A stretch of 64,000 bases of DNA from Sulfuricaulis sp. (GCF_041499725.1 NZ_JBGQKW010000002.1:37643-101642), one strand, 5' to 3'; positions 9,231 through 22,000 are shown, numbered from the stretch's first letter. The notes: generated by a model not told the origin, from the sequence alone. Program-made: numbers and translations.

Positions 9231-10727
9231 ATGAAGAACGCTAAATTTTTCCACGGATCTTCGTTCTGGGTCGGAGCCCTGGCAATCCTGGGTCTTTTCT
9301 TGCTCGCACTGCCAAGCAGCGACGTGTTTGCAGCGCCCGCAACACGCAACGTAAGTGCTGACCATATCAAGACCGGATTCCCGCTGACCGGGGCACATGT
9401 CACGCTTCCTTGCGAGACTTGTCACGTTCAGGGCACTTTCAAAGGTACGCCCAAGAAATGCGAAACCTGCCATACCCAGGGCAGCCGCATTCAGACCGCC
9501 ACCTTCAAGCCTAATAACCACATCGCGACCACTCAGGCATGCGATCAATGCCACAGATCCACCACGTCATGGAACGTGGTGATGTTCAGTCACGTCGGCG
9601 TCATTCCTCATCAGTGCGCGCAATGCCATAACGGCACCGTCATCATGGGAAAACCGGCGAACCACGCGCCAACCACCGCACCTTGTGACACTTGCCATCG
9701 CACCACCACATGGATGAGCGTGGGCTTTAACCATGTCGCCGTAACGCCAGGCAGCTGCGCCACCTGTCACGTCCCGGGCGGCTCCGGCACGGCCAAGCCG
9801 TCTAACCACATGCCGACGACCCTCTCGTGCGATGCCTGTCATAACACGAGCACGTACATGACCTCGACCTTCACGCACTCAACCACGCAAGGTGTTCTAC
9901 CCGGTCAATGCAGCACCTGCCACAATGGTTCATACACCCAGTGGAACGCGCTCGGCAAAATACCGAACCACGTCGCCACCACGGCATCGTGCGATACCTG
10001 CCACACGGGTTACGTGACGTTCGCGAGCGCCGCCGGCTCCACGTTCAACCACACCGGCGTGGCCCCGGGTAGTTGCGCCACCTGTCACGTCCAGGGAGGC
10101 TCCGGCATGGCCAAGCCGACCAACCACATCCCGACGACCGTCAACGCGTGCGATGCCTGCCACAACACGAGCACATTCGCGACCTCAACATTCGCGCATT
10201 CCACCACGCAAGGCGTCCTGCCCGGGCAATGCGCGACTTCTGGATGTCACAGCGGGTCTTACACAGCGTGGAATGCCCTTGGCAAACCGTCGGGGCATAT
10301 CGCCACCACAGCCTCGTGCGACTCCTGCCACGCGGGTTTCACGACATTCGCCAATGGAGTGTTTAATCACACCGGCATAGCCCCGGGCACCTGCGCCACC
10401 TGCCACGTCCAGGGTGGATCGGGATTGGCCGCGCCGATCAATCACATCCCTTACCAGTCTCAGTTGGTTAACGGCGCCAGCATGAGCTGCGATGCCTGCC
10501 ACACAAGCACGACCAGTTTTACGGCTGAGAGGATGAATCACAACAATAGCCTGGGTAATGGCGCGGGCTGGTGCAAAAGCTGCCATCAGAGTGGTACGAG
10601 CTTCCTCGGCAATATGCAGCGGATGTCGTTGACCCATCAAAAGAGTACCGGGGTCACAGACTGCTCCCAGTCCGGCTGCCACCGGCCTTTGGGTAACACG
10701 GGTAGCGCCTACACGAAATGGAACTGA
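9231..10727 (+). CDS. Secreted multiheme c-type cytochrome, 15 CxxCH + 2 CX4CH
   Basis: ATG 9231 with GAGGA RBS; signal peptide (...DVFA/A); Thr/Ser/Gly/Asn-rich repeats with FNH/FxH distal His motifs. Confidence 0.92.
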   Translation: MKNAKFFHGSSFWVGALAILGLFLLALPSSDVFAAPATRNVSADHIKTGFPLTGAHVTLPCETCHVQGTFKGTPKKCETCHTQGSRIQTATFKPNNHIATTQACDQCHRSTTSWNVVMFSHVGVIPHQCAQCHNGTVIMGKPANHAPTTAPCDTCHRTTTWMSVGFNHVAVTPGSCATCHVPGGSGTAKPSNHMPTTLSCDACHNTSTYMTSTFTHSTTQGVLPGQCSTCHNGSYTQWNALGKIPNHVATTASCDTCHTGYVTFASAAGSTFNHTGVAPGSCATCHVQGGSGMAKPTNHIPTTVNACDACHNTSTFATSTFAHSTTQGVLPGQCATSGCHSGSYTAWNALGKPSGHIATTASCDSCHAGFTTFANGVFNHTGIAPGTCATCHVQGGSGLAAPINHIPYQSQLVNGASMSCDACHTSTTSFTAERMNHNNSLGNGAGWCKSCHQSGTSFLGNMQRMSLTHQKSTGVTDCSQSGCHRPLGNTGSAYTKWN

Positions 10728-10781
10728 ACTGGACCGGGTTTAGACGTGTCACTACATGCCTATACTAAAAGGAATTTAATC

Positions 10782-11282
10782 ATGAAGAATCCGCTACTCG
10801 GGGTCGCCCTGCTGTTCATGGCATTTACCAGCTTGGGTATCGCACGCGCCCAAGACAACACCATCCTGGATGACGTGGATACCTCGGTAGAATCCGAGTG
10901 GGCGCGGATTAGTATCCATTTTTCTTTGCCGGTGAACTACGTACGCCATTCTCCGCAAGAGCGCGGACAGTTACTGCAGATATTTTTTACCATTGCCTTC
11001 CTGGAAGCACAAAACATCAGCCTGCGGGAAGAAGTCCGGAATGTGCCCGCCACGCCCGTCATGCCCGCCACCACTATCACATACCAGCCGCCCCTGTCTC
11101 TCAATTTTCAGCGTGAGCCGTCATCGCTCCTGGTGCGTTTCGATCGTGTTGTCAATTACGATGTCCGGCCGGGAGATGACCATCGCAGTATCGTGATTTA
11201 TTTACCCATTGCGCCAAGGGATACCAAACCGGCCAATACGGCCAAGGACAAACCGGTGGGAAAGGACAGTCCGGCTAAATAA
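10782..11282 (+). CDS. Small secreted protein of unknown function (AMIN-like beta domain suspected)
   Basis: AGGA RBS, signal peptide ending A-R-A, alternating beta-strand pattern; between cytochrome and porin. Confidence 0.7.
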   Translation: MKNPLLGVALLFMAFTSLGIARAQDNTILDDVDTSVESEWARISIHFSLPVNYVRHSPQERGQLLQIFFTIAFLEAQNISLREEVRNVPATPVMPATTITYQPPLSLNFQREPSSLLVRFDRVVNYDVRPGDDHRSIVIYLPIAPRDTKPANTAKDKPVGKDSPAK

Positions 11283-11315
11283 CAAGCACCTCGTCTTCTT
11301 CCATTACTTTCAATT

Positions 11316-13916
11316 TTGAGAATAACCATCATGTGGGCTGTTACCCTCGTTGTGCTTGTTTTTTTGTTGGTACATTTTTCACTCGCAACCCCCGCTCAGG
11401 CTCAATCCGATGAAAAGATCAGCCCTGATATCGAAACTGACGCAAGAACCGAAAAACATTTCGTGGTGACACTGCGCAGCAGCTTCACGCCGATTTCGGA
11501 CAAACAGGCCAAGCGCGACTTCCCGGACAGCCCGGTTTATCTAATTCAGAGCAAGGCGTTTGATAAGACTGTCTATCTCGTGCGCGCGGGTTTTTTCGAA
11601 AACTATGTCGATGCCACGGCGTTTCGCGAGCGCGCGCTATCCAAATATCCCGCGGCACAGGTCTCCGAAATCACGCGCAACGAATATCTCACCATCCAAC
11701 GCACATTACCGGCCCCGAAACCGGGCGCACCGACAATAATGGCTAAAAAGATCGGGCCCAAACTGACGCCCTTGGCGCCACCCGCGCCCATCCCTGTACC
11801 GGTACCCTCGGCACCCGCCCCTGTGCCAGCACCACCGGCCAGCGCGGGTGTATTCTCGCCCAAGGCTCTTTACGCCATTTTGCTTGAGGAAAGCAGTCAA
11901 GCCGCTCCGGCGGCGCGCGCGCCGCTGCCGGCATCGCTAAAAAACTACCGTCTGTACACCACCCAAACACGCGACAAGAACAAAATCTTTTACCAGTTAA
12001 AACTCGGGTTCTTTGAAAATGAGCAAGACGTCTATGCCGCACGCAAGCAGCTGAAAGATATCTATCCAAACACGAAAGTGATCCATACCGCCTTGAACGA
12101 ACAGAAAGACTCGGTACGCACCGCCTTAAGCACGCCCACCGTGTTGCCGTCAGTCGTAGCGCCGGTACCGAAAGTGTCACCGGGCGCTGTCGCAAAAGTG
12201 CCAGTGCCGGCCCCGATCCTGCCTGCCGCTGTCCCGGAAATCACGCCGAGCGCTACGGCAACACCCGCAAGCTCCTACGATCGTGATGCCCTCGTGTTGC
12301 TGGACAAAGGCCGTGCGGCACTCGCGCGCGGCGATAACAATGTCGCCATTGCCACGCTCGATCAATTGCTACGACTGCCGCCGAATCGCTATTCCCAGGA
12401 CGCGCAGGAACTGATCGGCCTCGCCCGCCAGCGTGCCGGGGAAACCCTGGCGGCACGCAAGGAATACGAGCTTTATCTTCACCTTTACCCGACAGGAGAA
12501 GGCTCGGACCGCGTGCGCCAGCGTATCGCCACGCTCGATGCCACGATTACGACAACACCTTCTGCCGCGCTCAAAGCCGTCAAGCCGCGTATGGAAGCGC
12601 AATCCACCATCGTTGGAAATCTGTCGCAGTATTACTACCACGGCGCCAGCAAACTGGACAGCACGACGCTGACCCCCACCGCCAACACACAAAATCAGGC
12701 CAGCCTGACACAGACCGACCAAAGCTCGCTCGTGACCAGTCTCAACTTTTTGCACCGTTACCGCAGCGAGGATTACGACAACCGTCTGGTGATACGCGAC
12801 ACCTTCACCAAGAACTTCCTGCAGGGCCAGGAGGATACCAATCGTCCCAGCGCCATTTACTACGAGCTCAAGGACCGCAAGCTCGACTATTCGGCACGCG
12901 TCGGCCGCCAACCCGGCGGTTCCAGCGGCGTGCTCGGGCGCTTTGACGGGATACTTGCCGGCTATAACTTCTCGCCCAAATGGCGGGTCAACGTCGTGGG
13001 CGGTATACCAACCGATATCTCATACGACTCGCATTTGCACTTCCTCGGCACAGGAATCGACATCGGCCCGTTTGCCGAGCACTGGGGCGGCGGCTTGTAC
13101 ACGATCGAACAGAAGGTGGACGACGTCACGGACCGTCATGCCGTGGGCAGCGAAATCCGCTATTTCAGCCAGGTATTCACCCTGTACGGGCTGTTCGACT
13201 ATGACACGGAATTCAAGACCTCGAACATTGCCATGGTGCAAAGCAACTGGACCGCGACCAGCGGTACGTCTGTACACGCCTTGTTCGACAGGCGCAAAAC
13301 ACCGTCGTTGTCGCTCACCAATGCTTTGCAAGGAGAATCCGACACGTCGATCAAATCGCAGCTCCAGACAAAAACCTATGAGCAGCTCAAACAACAGGCG
13401 CTCAACCTGACATCCACGACGGATCTGCACAGCGTGGGAATCTCACAACCATTGAGTACGCGCTGGCAGGCGGGATTCGACGTACAGTCGGCGCACACCT
13501 CGAGCACCGCGGGCTCCGTGAATCAGCCGGCCCAGCCGGATACCGGCACCATCTACACGTATACCGGAAATCTCATCGGTACCGGCATCTTCACGCAGCG
13601 CGATGTTAATGTGTTCAGCATCAGCCACATCGTTGGCCCGACATTCGACGGTAATTCGTATTCCTTGACCAACCGCCTGCTCTGGGGTCCAAGCTGGAGC
13701 CTCGACACCACCCTGAGCTGGTACTCCCAACACGATTCGAGCACCAATACCGATGTGGATCGCTTCTCACCTTCGTTGAAGCCGAGTTACAAGTGGAAGC
13801 AGAACATCACCCTGGAGGCAGAATTTGGCGAGGAACATACGACTAACAAGGGTACGACGACCGAAGACACAAACCGGCGTCGGTACTGGTCGCTGGGTTA
13901 CCGTTGGGACTTCTGA
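11316..13916 (+). CDS. Outer-membrane beta-barrel porin with N-terminal SPOR-like domains, Pro-rich linkers and TPR
   Basis: Signal peptide; two YLVRAGFFEN/YQLKLGFFEN SPOR-like repeats; TPR-like AQELIGLARQRAG..YELYLHLYP; amphipathic strands; C-terminal LGYRWDF BamA signal. Confidence 0.8.
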   Translation: MRITIMWAVTLVVLVFLLVHFSLATPAQAQSDEKISPDIETDARTEKHFVVTLRSSFTPISDKQAKRDFPDSPVYLIQSKAFDKTVYLVRAGFFENYVDATAFRERALSKYPAAQVSEITRNEYLTIQRTLPAPKPGAPTIMAKKIGPKLTPLAPPAPIPVPVPSAPAPVPAPPASAGVFSPKALYAILLEESSQAAPAARAPLPASLKNYRLYTTQTRDKNKIFYQLKLGFFENEQDVYAARKQLKDIYPNTKVIHTALNEQKDSVRTALSTPTVLPSVVAPVPKVSPGAVAKVPVPAPILPAAVPEITPSATATPASSYDRDALVLLDKGRAALARGDNNVAIATLDQLLRLPPNRYSQDAQELIGLARQRAGETLAARKEYELYLHLYPTGEGSDRVRQRIATLDATITTTPSAALKAVKPRMEAQSTIVGNLSQYYYHGASKLDSTTLTPTANTQNQASLTQTDQSSLVTSLNFLHRYRSEDYDNRLVIRDTFTKNFLQGQEDTNRPSAIYYELKDRKLDYSARVGRQPGGSSGVLGRFDGILAGYNFSPKWRVNVVGGIPTDISYDSHLHFLGTGIDIGPFAEHWGGGLYTIEQKVDDVTDRHAVGSEIRYFSQVFTLYGLFDYDTEFKTSNIAMVQSNWTATSGTSVHALFDRRKTPSLSLTNALQGESDTSIKSQLQTKTYEQLKQQALNLTSTTDLHSVGISQPLSTRWQAGFDVQSAHTSSTAGSVNQPAQPDTGTIYTYTGNLIGTGIFTQRDVNVFSISHIVGPTFDGNSYSLTNRLLWGPSWSLDTTLSWYSQHDSSTNTDVDRFSPSLKPSYKWKQNITLEAEFGEEHTTNKGTTTEDTNRRRYWSLGYRWDF

Positions 13917-13926
13917 GGGAACGCGG

Positions 13927-14577
13927 CTAACGGACGTTGCGCTGATACTGCCGGTACAAGGTCAGGACGCGCGGGACGTACTGCAGCGTCTCGCGATAGG
14001 GAGGAATGCGGTTGCCGTACTGGACGATGGCGTCCTCGCCGGCATTATAGGCGGCCAGTGTCAGCGACAGGTCGTTGTTGAATTTCCGCATCAGGTCATG
14101 CAGGTACTTCGCCCCACCCTGGATATTCTCCGCCGGATCGTAGAGATTGCGCACCCCGTAACGTCGGGCGGTTTCGGGCATGAGCTGCATGAGGCCCACG
14201 GCGCCCTTGCGCGAAACGGCGTGCGGATCGAAACCGGATTCCGTCGCGATCATCGCCTGCAGCAGCGCCTGATCGAGACTGTGTTCGCGCGCCGCCTTTT
14301 CCACCAGCAGCGCATACCGATCAGAAGCGATGGGATACCCAGAGGAAGTTTTTACTGGCTTGTAAGCCGACACCCTGTACGGAGCGCGCGTCATTCCTGC
14401 GTAGCGCGGGTCGGAGGGCACGTTGGTGAAGTGGGTGACGCCGCTGATGTCCGTGAAGGTATAAACCGTCGCCCGCGCCGGTTCGGCCATCAGGACCGCG
14501 AAGCTGGCCACGATAATTGTCAAGGCGCCATGAAGCCGCATGGTTATTTTTGTGGGGTTTCCAGATTTCTTGCGCAC
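13927..14577 (-). CDS. Slt-family lytic transglycosylase with N-terminal DUF4124-like domain
   Basis: ATESGFDPHAVSRKGAVGLMQLMP and LAAYNAGE motifs; signal peptide. Confidence 0.9.
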   Translation of the reverse strand: MRKKSGNPTKITMRLHGALTIIVASFAVLMAEPARATVYTFTDISGVTHFTNVPSDPRYAGMTRAPYRVSAYKPVKTSSGYPIASDRYALLVEKAAREHSLDQALLQAMIATESGFDPHAVSRKGAVGLMQLMPETARRYGVRNLYDPAENIQGGAKYLHDLMRKFNNDLSLTLAAYNAGEDAIVQYGNRIPPYRETLQYVPRVLTLYRQYQRNVR

Positions 14578-14648
14578 GCTCGTAGTTTAACCCGCCACCG
14601 ACTGTCAAGCCAAACGCGCAATGGCGGCCAGCCTGTTTCCGGCGGGCT

Positions 14649-15530
14649 TTATGTTTTTCCCATTTTTTCGCGGGTCTTGCTGACAATACGGCGCAGATGC
14701 TCCGCCTCTTTGCTGTCCGCCGGCAGGGCTTTCAGCAACTGCTCCCATAATCCGAGCGCCTGCTGGTAATCGCCCTTCTGAAAAGCGGCCAAGCCGAGAA
14801 ACCACATGGCATCCTGGTTCTGCGGGTCAAGTTTCAAGAGCTTGCTGAAAAGAGAAAATACCGGCCCACCGGTATTCTGTGGGTCCATGTTGTAGAGGAA
14901 TGAGGCGTATTCCGCCACCACTTCCGGGTTATCGGGCATGAGCTTGTAAGCACGTGCGTAGGCGGCCTCCGCCGCCTCCTGACGACCCATCACCCCGTAG
15001 GCGCGCCCCAGCCGCAACCAGCCGGCGGCATCGTCCGGCTGCTCTTGCAGGCGCTTTTCCAGGCGCGCGACCATCTCCAGTGCCATCGGGGGCACGGAGG
15101 CATTGGCGGGTATTTCAGGATTGAAGAGATACGCCAGGGTGTTGCGCTGCCCCAGAGCGTAAAGACCGGCGGAGGTCAGGGGCAGCACCACGCCGAGGGC
15201 AACCAAGCCGATGGCCCAGCCGCGGCGCGATTCACGCTTGGCCTTCTTTGTTTTCTTCCCGGCACTGCCCAGCGTTTCAAGTTCACGCAGGGTCCGGGCG
15301 AGTTCGGCTTCGAGGCGGCGGCGCTCGTCATTCACCACGTCGGCGTCTATGTTGCGGTCGCCCTCTTCGATATCGAGTTCGTTGAGCTGCACGAGCAGGC
15401 GCTCACGCAACTGCTGCAATTGATCGCGGTGCTCGCCGTTGTCCTGCATGGCCGGCCGCGCCAGCGGACGCGCCACGTACCACACCGTGGCGATCACGAT
15501 CAGCACCGCGATGGCGGCGAACCAGATCAA
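14649..15530 (-). CDS. ccmI: Cytochrome c biogenesis protein CcmI/CycH (TPR)
   Basis: Two TM segments, LEKRLQEQPDDAAGWLRLGRAY TPRs; follows ccmH. Confidence 0.9.
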   Translation of the reverse strand: MIWFAAIAVLIVIATVWYVARPLARPAMQDNGEHRDQLQQLRERLLVQLNELDIEEGDRNIDADVVNDERRRLEAELARTLRELETLGSAGKKTKKAKRESRRGWAIGLVALGVVLPLTSAGLYALGQRNTLAYLFNPEIPANASVPPMALEMVARLEKRLQEQPDDAAGWLRLGRAYGVMGRQEAAEAAYARAYKLMPDNPEVVAEYASFLYNMDPQNTGGPVFSLFSKLLKLDPQNQDAMWFLGLAAFQKGDYQQALGLWEQLLKALPADSKEAEHLRRIVSKTREKMGKT

Positions 15531-15976
15531 GTGTTGCTCAGCTTACGCGCGCTGCGCACGCGCTCGGCGTCTTCCTTGGAAAGCGGCGGCGTCGGCGGCA
15601 TGGAGGGACGCAGCCGGCGGCGCAGGAAAACGAACCCGGACGCGCCCACGACGACGATCAGCGTCAGCGGTCCGGCCCACACGATGGCACCCGATCCGCG
15701 CTTGGGCGGGCTCATCAATACATAATCACCATAACGGTCGACAAAATATTTGACGATCTCGTCGCGCGATTTACCGGCCTGAACCTGCTCGCGGATGATG
15801 GCGCGCATGTCACGCGCCAGATCGGCGTTGGATTCCGACACCGGCTGGTTCTGGCACACGGTGCAGCGCAGATCCTTGGCGATGTCGAGCACCTGCCGCT
15901 CCAAGGGGTCTTCCGTCACTTGCGTGGCGAACACCGGCAAGGAAACGAGGAGAAATAGAAAGATCAGACACCGCAT
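15527..15976 (-). CDS. ccmH: Cytochrome c biogenesis protein CcmH/CycL
   Basis: LRCTVCQNQ motif, RYGDYVLMSPP. Confidence 0.93.
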   Translation of the reverse strand: MRCLIFLFLLVSLPVFATQVTEDPLERQVLDIAKDLRCTVCQNQPVSESNADLARDMRAIIREQVQAGKSRDEIVKYFVDRYGDYVLMSPPKRGSGAIVWAGPLTLIVVVGASGFVFLRRRLRPSMPPTPPLSKEDAERVRSARKLSNT

Positions 15977-15982
15977 CAGGGA

Positions 15983-17980
<1,998 letters not shown>

Positions 17981-18388
17981 TTAAAATAAAGTCCTTGGGG
18001 AATGTCGCCGCGGGAAAACACACACAAAGCAGGAGGCGTTCCCTCATCCATCAACGGGTCACAAGATTAACCTATCGCGGTGCATACGTATAGAGTTGGA
18101 AAACGCGGCCGTTACTGTTTATCCCGTGCCCGGATAAACGTGCCGGATTCGACGATAACCACAAAACTACTCACAGATTTTGTGCATAAGTTTGTGTGTA
18201 ATCACCGGCCGGACGACTGAAAGCGGCCTGACCGCAGAACCGCCGTTAGATTGAACATTTTTTAAACATGCACCGGCGTTTTGCCAGACAACGGCTGGCC
18301 GGATTCACGCGCCACGCGTCATGGGATCAAATCGCGCTTGCATCCCGGCACGATTTCTGTTCAAAAGATTTTTTCAGCCACCAAGAAA

Positions 18389-18832
18389 ATGCCCGACACC
18401 GCTATGCCACTTCCATTGTCACCGCCCGGGCTGCTGCGCCGTCTCGGCGCCATGGCCTACGACAGCCTGCTGTTGTTCGCCCTATTAATGATGCTGAGTT
18501 ACCCCTACGTGTGGCTGACCGGCGGCGCCAAACCCGGCCTGCTCGTCAAAACCCTCTACCAGTTTTATCTGCTCGCCATCTGTTTTCTGTTCTACGGCGG
18601 CTTCTGGGTCCGCGGCGGGCAGACGCTCGGCATGCGCACCTGGCGCATCAGACTGGTGCGCCAAGACGGCGGGCCGATCACCTGGACGATTGCACTCAAG
18701 CGTTTCGCCTCCGCCCTGCTCTCCTTGCTTTGTCTCGGTCTGGGATTTCTGTGGGTGCTCTACGATAGCGACAAACGCGCGTGGCATGATCGGCTGTCGG
18801 GAACAAAATTAACGCCGTTGCCAAAAAAATAA
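18389..18832 (+). CDS. RDD family membrane protein
   Basis: RRLGAMAYD, GQTLGMRTWRI, WHDRLSGT motifs. Confidence 0.88.
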   Translation: MPDTAMPLPLSPPGLLRRLGAMAYDSLLLFALLMMLSYPYVWLTGGAKPGLLVKTLYQFYLLAICFLFYGGFWVRGGQTLGMRTWRIRLVRQDGGPITWTIALKRFASALLSLLCLGLGFLWVLYDSDKRAWHDRLSGTKLTPLPKK

Positions 18833-18860
18833 AAATTAATCTCCAAACCTTTTTCCTGCC

Positions 18861-18886
18861 GCTACATCAGCATTTGCTGATGTAGC
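18861..18886. terminator. Perfect 12-bp hairpin after RDD (probable terminator)
   Basis: GCTACATCAGCA-TT-TGCTGATGTAGC followed by TTTATT. Confidence 0.5.
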
Positions 18887-19077
18887 TTTATTCCTCTCTG
18901 TTATTTGACAAGTATCAAGGATACTGCTGAAATAAATATTCAGAACAATTAACGCGGATATAAAAAGAAGGCATCAGTAAGCAATAACAAAACCAACCAG
19001 CACTTTCGTTCCTCGCTTAAGAGATTCTAAAAAAGCGGCGACACCACCGCAGCGGGGAGCGGGCAGGAGGAAGAAAA

Positions 19078-22000
19078 ATGTTCTTCATGGGACATCTATC
19101 GGCCTTTTCACCCTCAACACCACGGAAATTATTGCGCCCGATATCACGCGGCCTATATATCCTACTGTTGTCCGGCCTGTTGATTCCGTCCACCACTTTG
19201 GCTGACCCGCCACACTTGCCTAATGAATACTTCAACACCTCTGACGCGGCAAAAGCCGCGTGTGTGGCTAAACTGCCCTGGTATCAAGCGAACTACGGTT
19301 GGCCGAATGGATATAGTTGCGTGTGGACCCACGAGGGAAACTTCGCTGCGAAGTGGGCTGTATGGGATGACATTTTGAATGGTCCCACTCTGACTGCCTT
19401 ATTTAAGGCTATCTATCCGATAAGGCAATGTCCGCCTACTCAGAATTATGTTGCCCCTGGCGTCTGTACCATCCCACCGCCGAATAAAATCAATGCCTGC
19501 TCCGGCGATGCGATGAAGGGCAATCCCTGCAATGCGGCTACAGGCAACAAATTCCAAAGCGAGGTCGATCTGACGAGCGTTGATGGCGGTATTCCGATTA
19601 TCCGCTACTACAACAGCCAGCTTATGGTCGACGTCGGGTTTGGCGTCGGTTGGACCTCCTCGATATTGGGTAAGCGTCTTTACATCAACCCCACCACCGT
19701 ACAGGTAATGCGTGCAGACGGGCGCGGGGAGTCTTTCGTCTGCAACGGCGGTGCTTGCCAAGGCGATGCGGATACCCAGATCGCACTCACTCAGGATGCT
19801 AACGGCTACACCCTCACGATGGATAAGGACGGGGCGGTTGAGCGTTACGACACCGCCGGCAAGCTTGTCACCGAGACCGACCGCACCGGCAGAACCACAA
19901 GCTACAGTTACGACTACAGTTACGATACGTCTGGCCGGCTCGCCACCGTCACCGGCCCGTTTGGCCACCGCCTGACCTTGAGCTATGACGCAAACAACCA
20001 CATTTACCAAATTAATGGTGGTGCTCAATTCCCCCGCTATACGTACGATGCCAACAACAATCTAACGCGCGTCACTTACTACCCCGGCATGGGAACGATC
20101 TATCACTACGAGAATACTTCCTTTCCCCAGAATCTCACCGGCATTTCGTACTTCTACGCATCGATCACCTTCCGCTATGCCACCTACGCCTACGACGCAT
20201 TGGGCAAGGCGGTTTCGACGGAACATGCCTCTGGCGCGGAGCGGACCGCCTTCAGCTATGACTCGCCGAGCCAAACTACAGTCACCGACGCTGCCAATAC
20301 GCAAGAAGTCATGACTTTTGCCTCCAATCTTGGGGCAAAGGCACTCGTCTCAAAGGTGAATCAGAGTGACGGCAAGAGCGCGGTGCAGACCTTCGACGCC
20401 AATAACAACTTAACTTGCAAAAAGGACGAAGAAGGCAAGGTCACGACGTATACGTATAGCAGTACAAACCAAAAGCTCTCGATGACCGAAGGATTGGCGG
20501 GAACGTGTGATGCGCCCACGACGACGAGCGCGACCCGCACCACAACGTATAGTTATTTGTCCCCTACCCTCGATCTGCCCACGGTAATCCAGAGCCCGAG
20601 CGTCTACAGCGGACAAAACAAGACCACCACGATAACTTACGGCGATGCCGCGCATCCCACGCTTCCGACAATGATTATGCAGAGCGGCTTTACACCCAGC
20701 GCCACACCGGTCTCACGCAGCGTGGGGCTTACCTATAACAGCACTGGTCAAATCACATCGATCGATGGGCCACGCACGGATGTCAATGATGTCACGACCC
20801 TGGCCTACTACGACTGCGCCACGGCGGGAGCCTGCGGGCAGTTGCGCAGCATCACCAACGCTTTGGGACAGGTGACTACCTTCGACAGTTACGATGCGTA
20901 CGGCAAGCTATTGCAGATGACCGACGCCAACGGGTTACGTACCAGCTACGTTTACAGTCTTGCATACGACTATCTGGCCCGGGTAACTCAGATTACCCAA
21001 ACACCGCCGACAGGCAGCACGCGAACCACCCAATATCGATATCACCAGGCAGGCGGTGATCTGTTAACGGTATACTTCCCCGACGGCCGCACGCTCAGCT
21101 ACACATACAATGCCGCCCGCCAGCTCACGCGAGTGACCGATAACTTCAACAATTACGTTGCCTACAGCTATGATATTAAGGGCAACCGCATCAGCGAATA
21201 CACTTACAACTCCTCGAACGTCCTGACGCGCCAGATCGATCTCGCGTACGACATCAGAAACCACCTCTCATCGATTAACGCGGCGGGCTCGCTCACGCAG
21301 CAGATAAACGATGCCGTGGGCAACCTTACTCAACAAACCGATCCGAACAACAATCCCCCGTCGACAAACAGCTTCGATGCGCTAAATCGACTCATACAGA
21401 CGCTCAACAGCCTGGGCGGTACCACCAGTTACGCCTACGACCCGAACGACCGGCTGCAACAAGTCGTCGCGCCAAACAACGCCACGACCCAGTACCAATA
21501 CGACGATCTCGGCAATCTCCTCCAGGAAATCTCCGCGGACCGCGGCACCACGGTTTATACGTACGATAACGCCGGCAACGTTACGACCGTCTCCGACGCG
21601 AGAAGCATCCCGATATCCTACACCTACGATGCGCTCAACCGGGTCACGAGCATCGACTACCCCGGGACCACGGAAGATGTTACCTACACCTACGACAACT
21701 GCACCGCCGGCATCGGCCGGCTGTGCCAGGTCGCGGATGCCAGTGGCACCACGCAGTACAGCTACGATGCCTTTGGCAACGTCCTCACCCAGAGCAAGAC
21801 GGAGTTGGGCATCGTCTATACCACCAGCTACACCTACGATGCCTCAGACCGGATCAAGACGATCACTTACCCCGACAACCGCCTCGTGACCTATGCACGA
21901 AACGGCTTAGGGCAAATCACGTCTGTCAGCGCCACGGTGAGCGGCGTGGCCAAAACGCTCGCCAGCGCGCGGACCTACCGCGCGGATGGGTTACTGCTTA

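Noticed and set aside
7900-10500. Repeated DNA as a possible CRISPR array
   Set aside because: Repeats are in-frame heme modules inside CDSs; no constant repeat with unique spacers and no cas genes.
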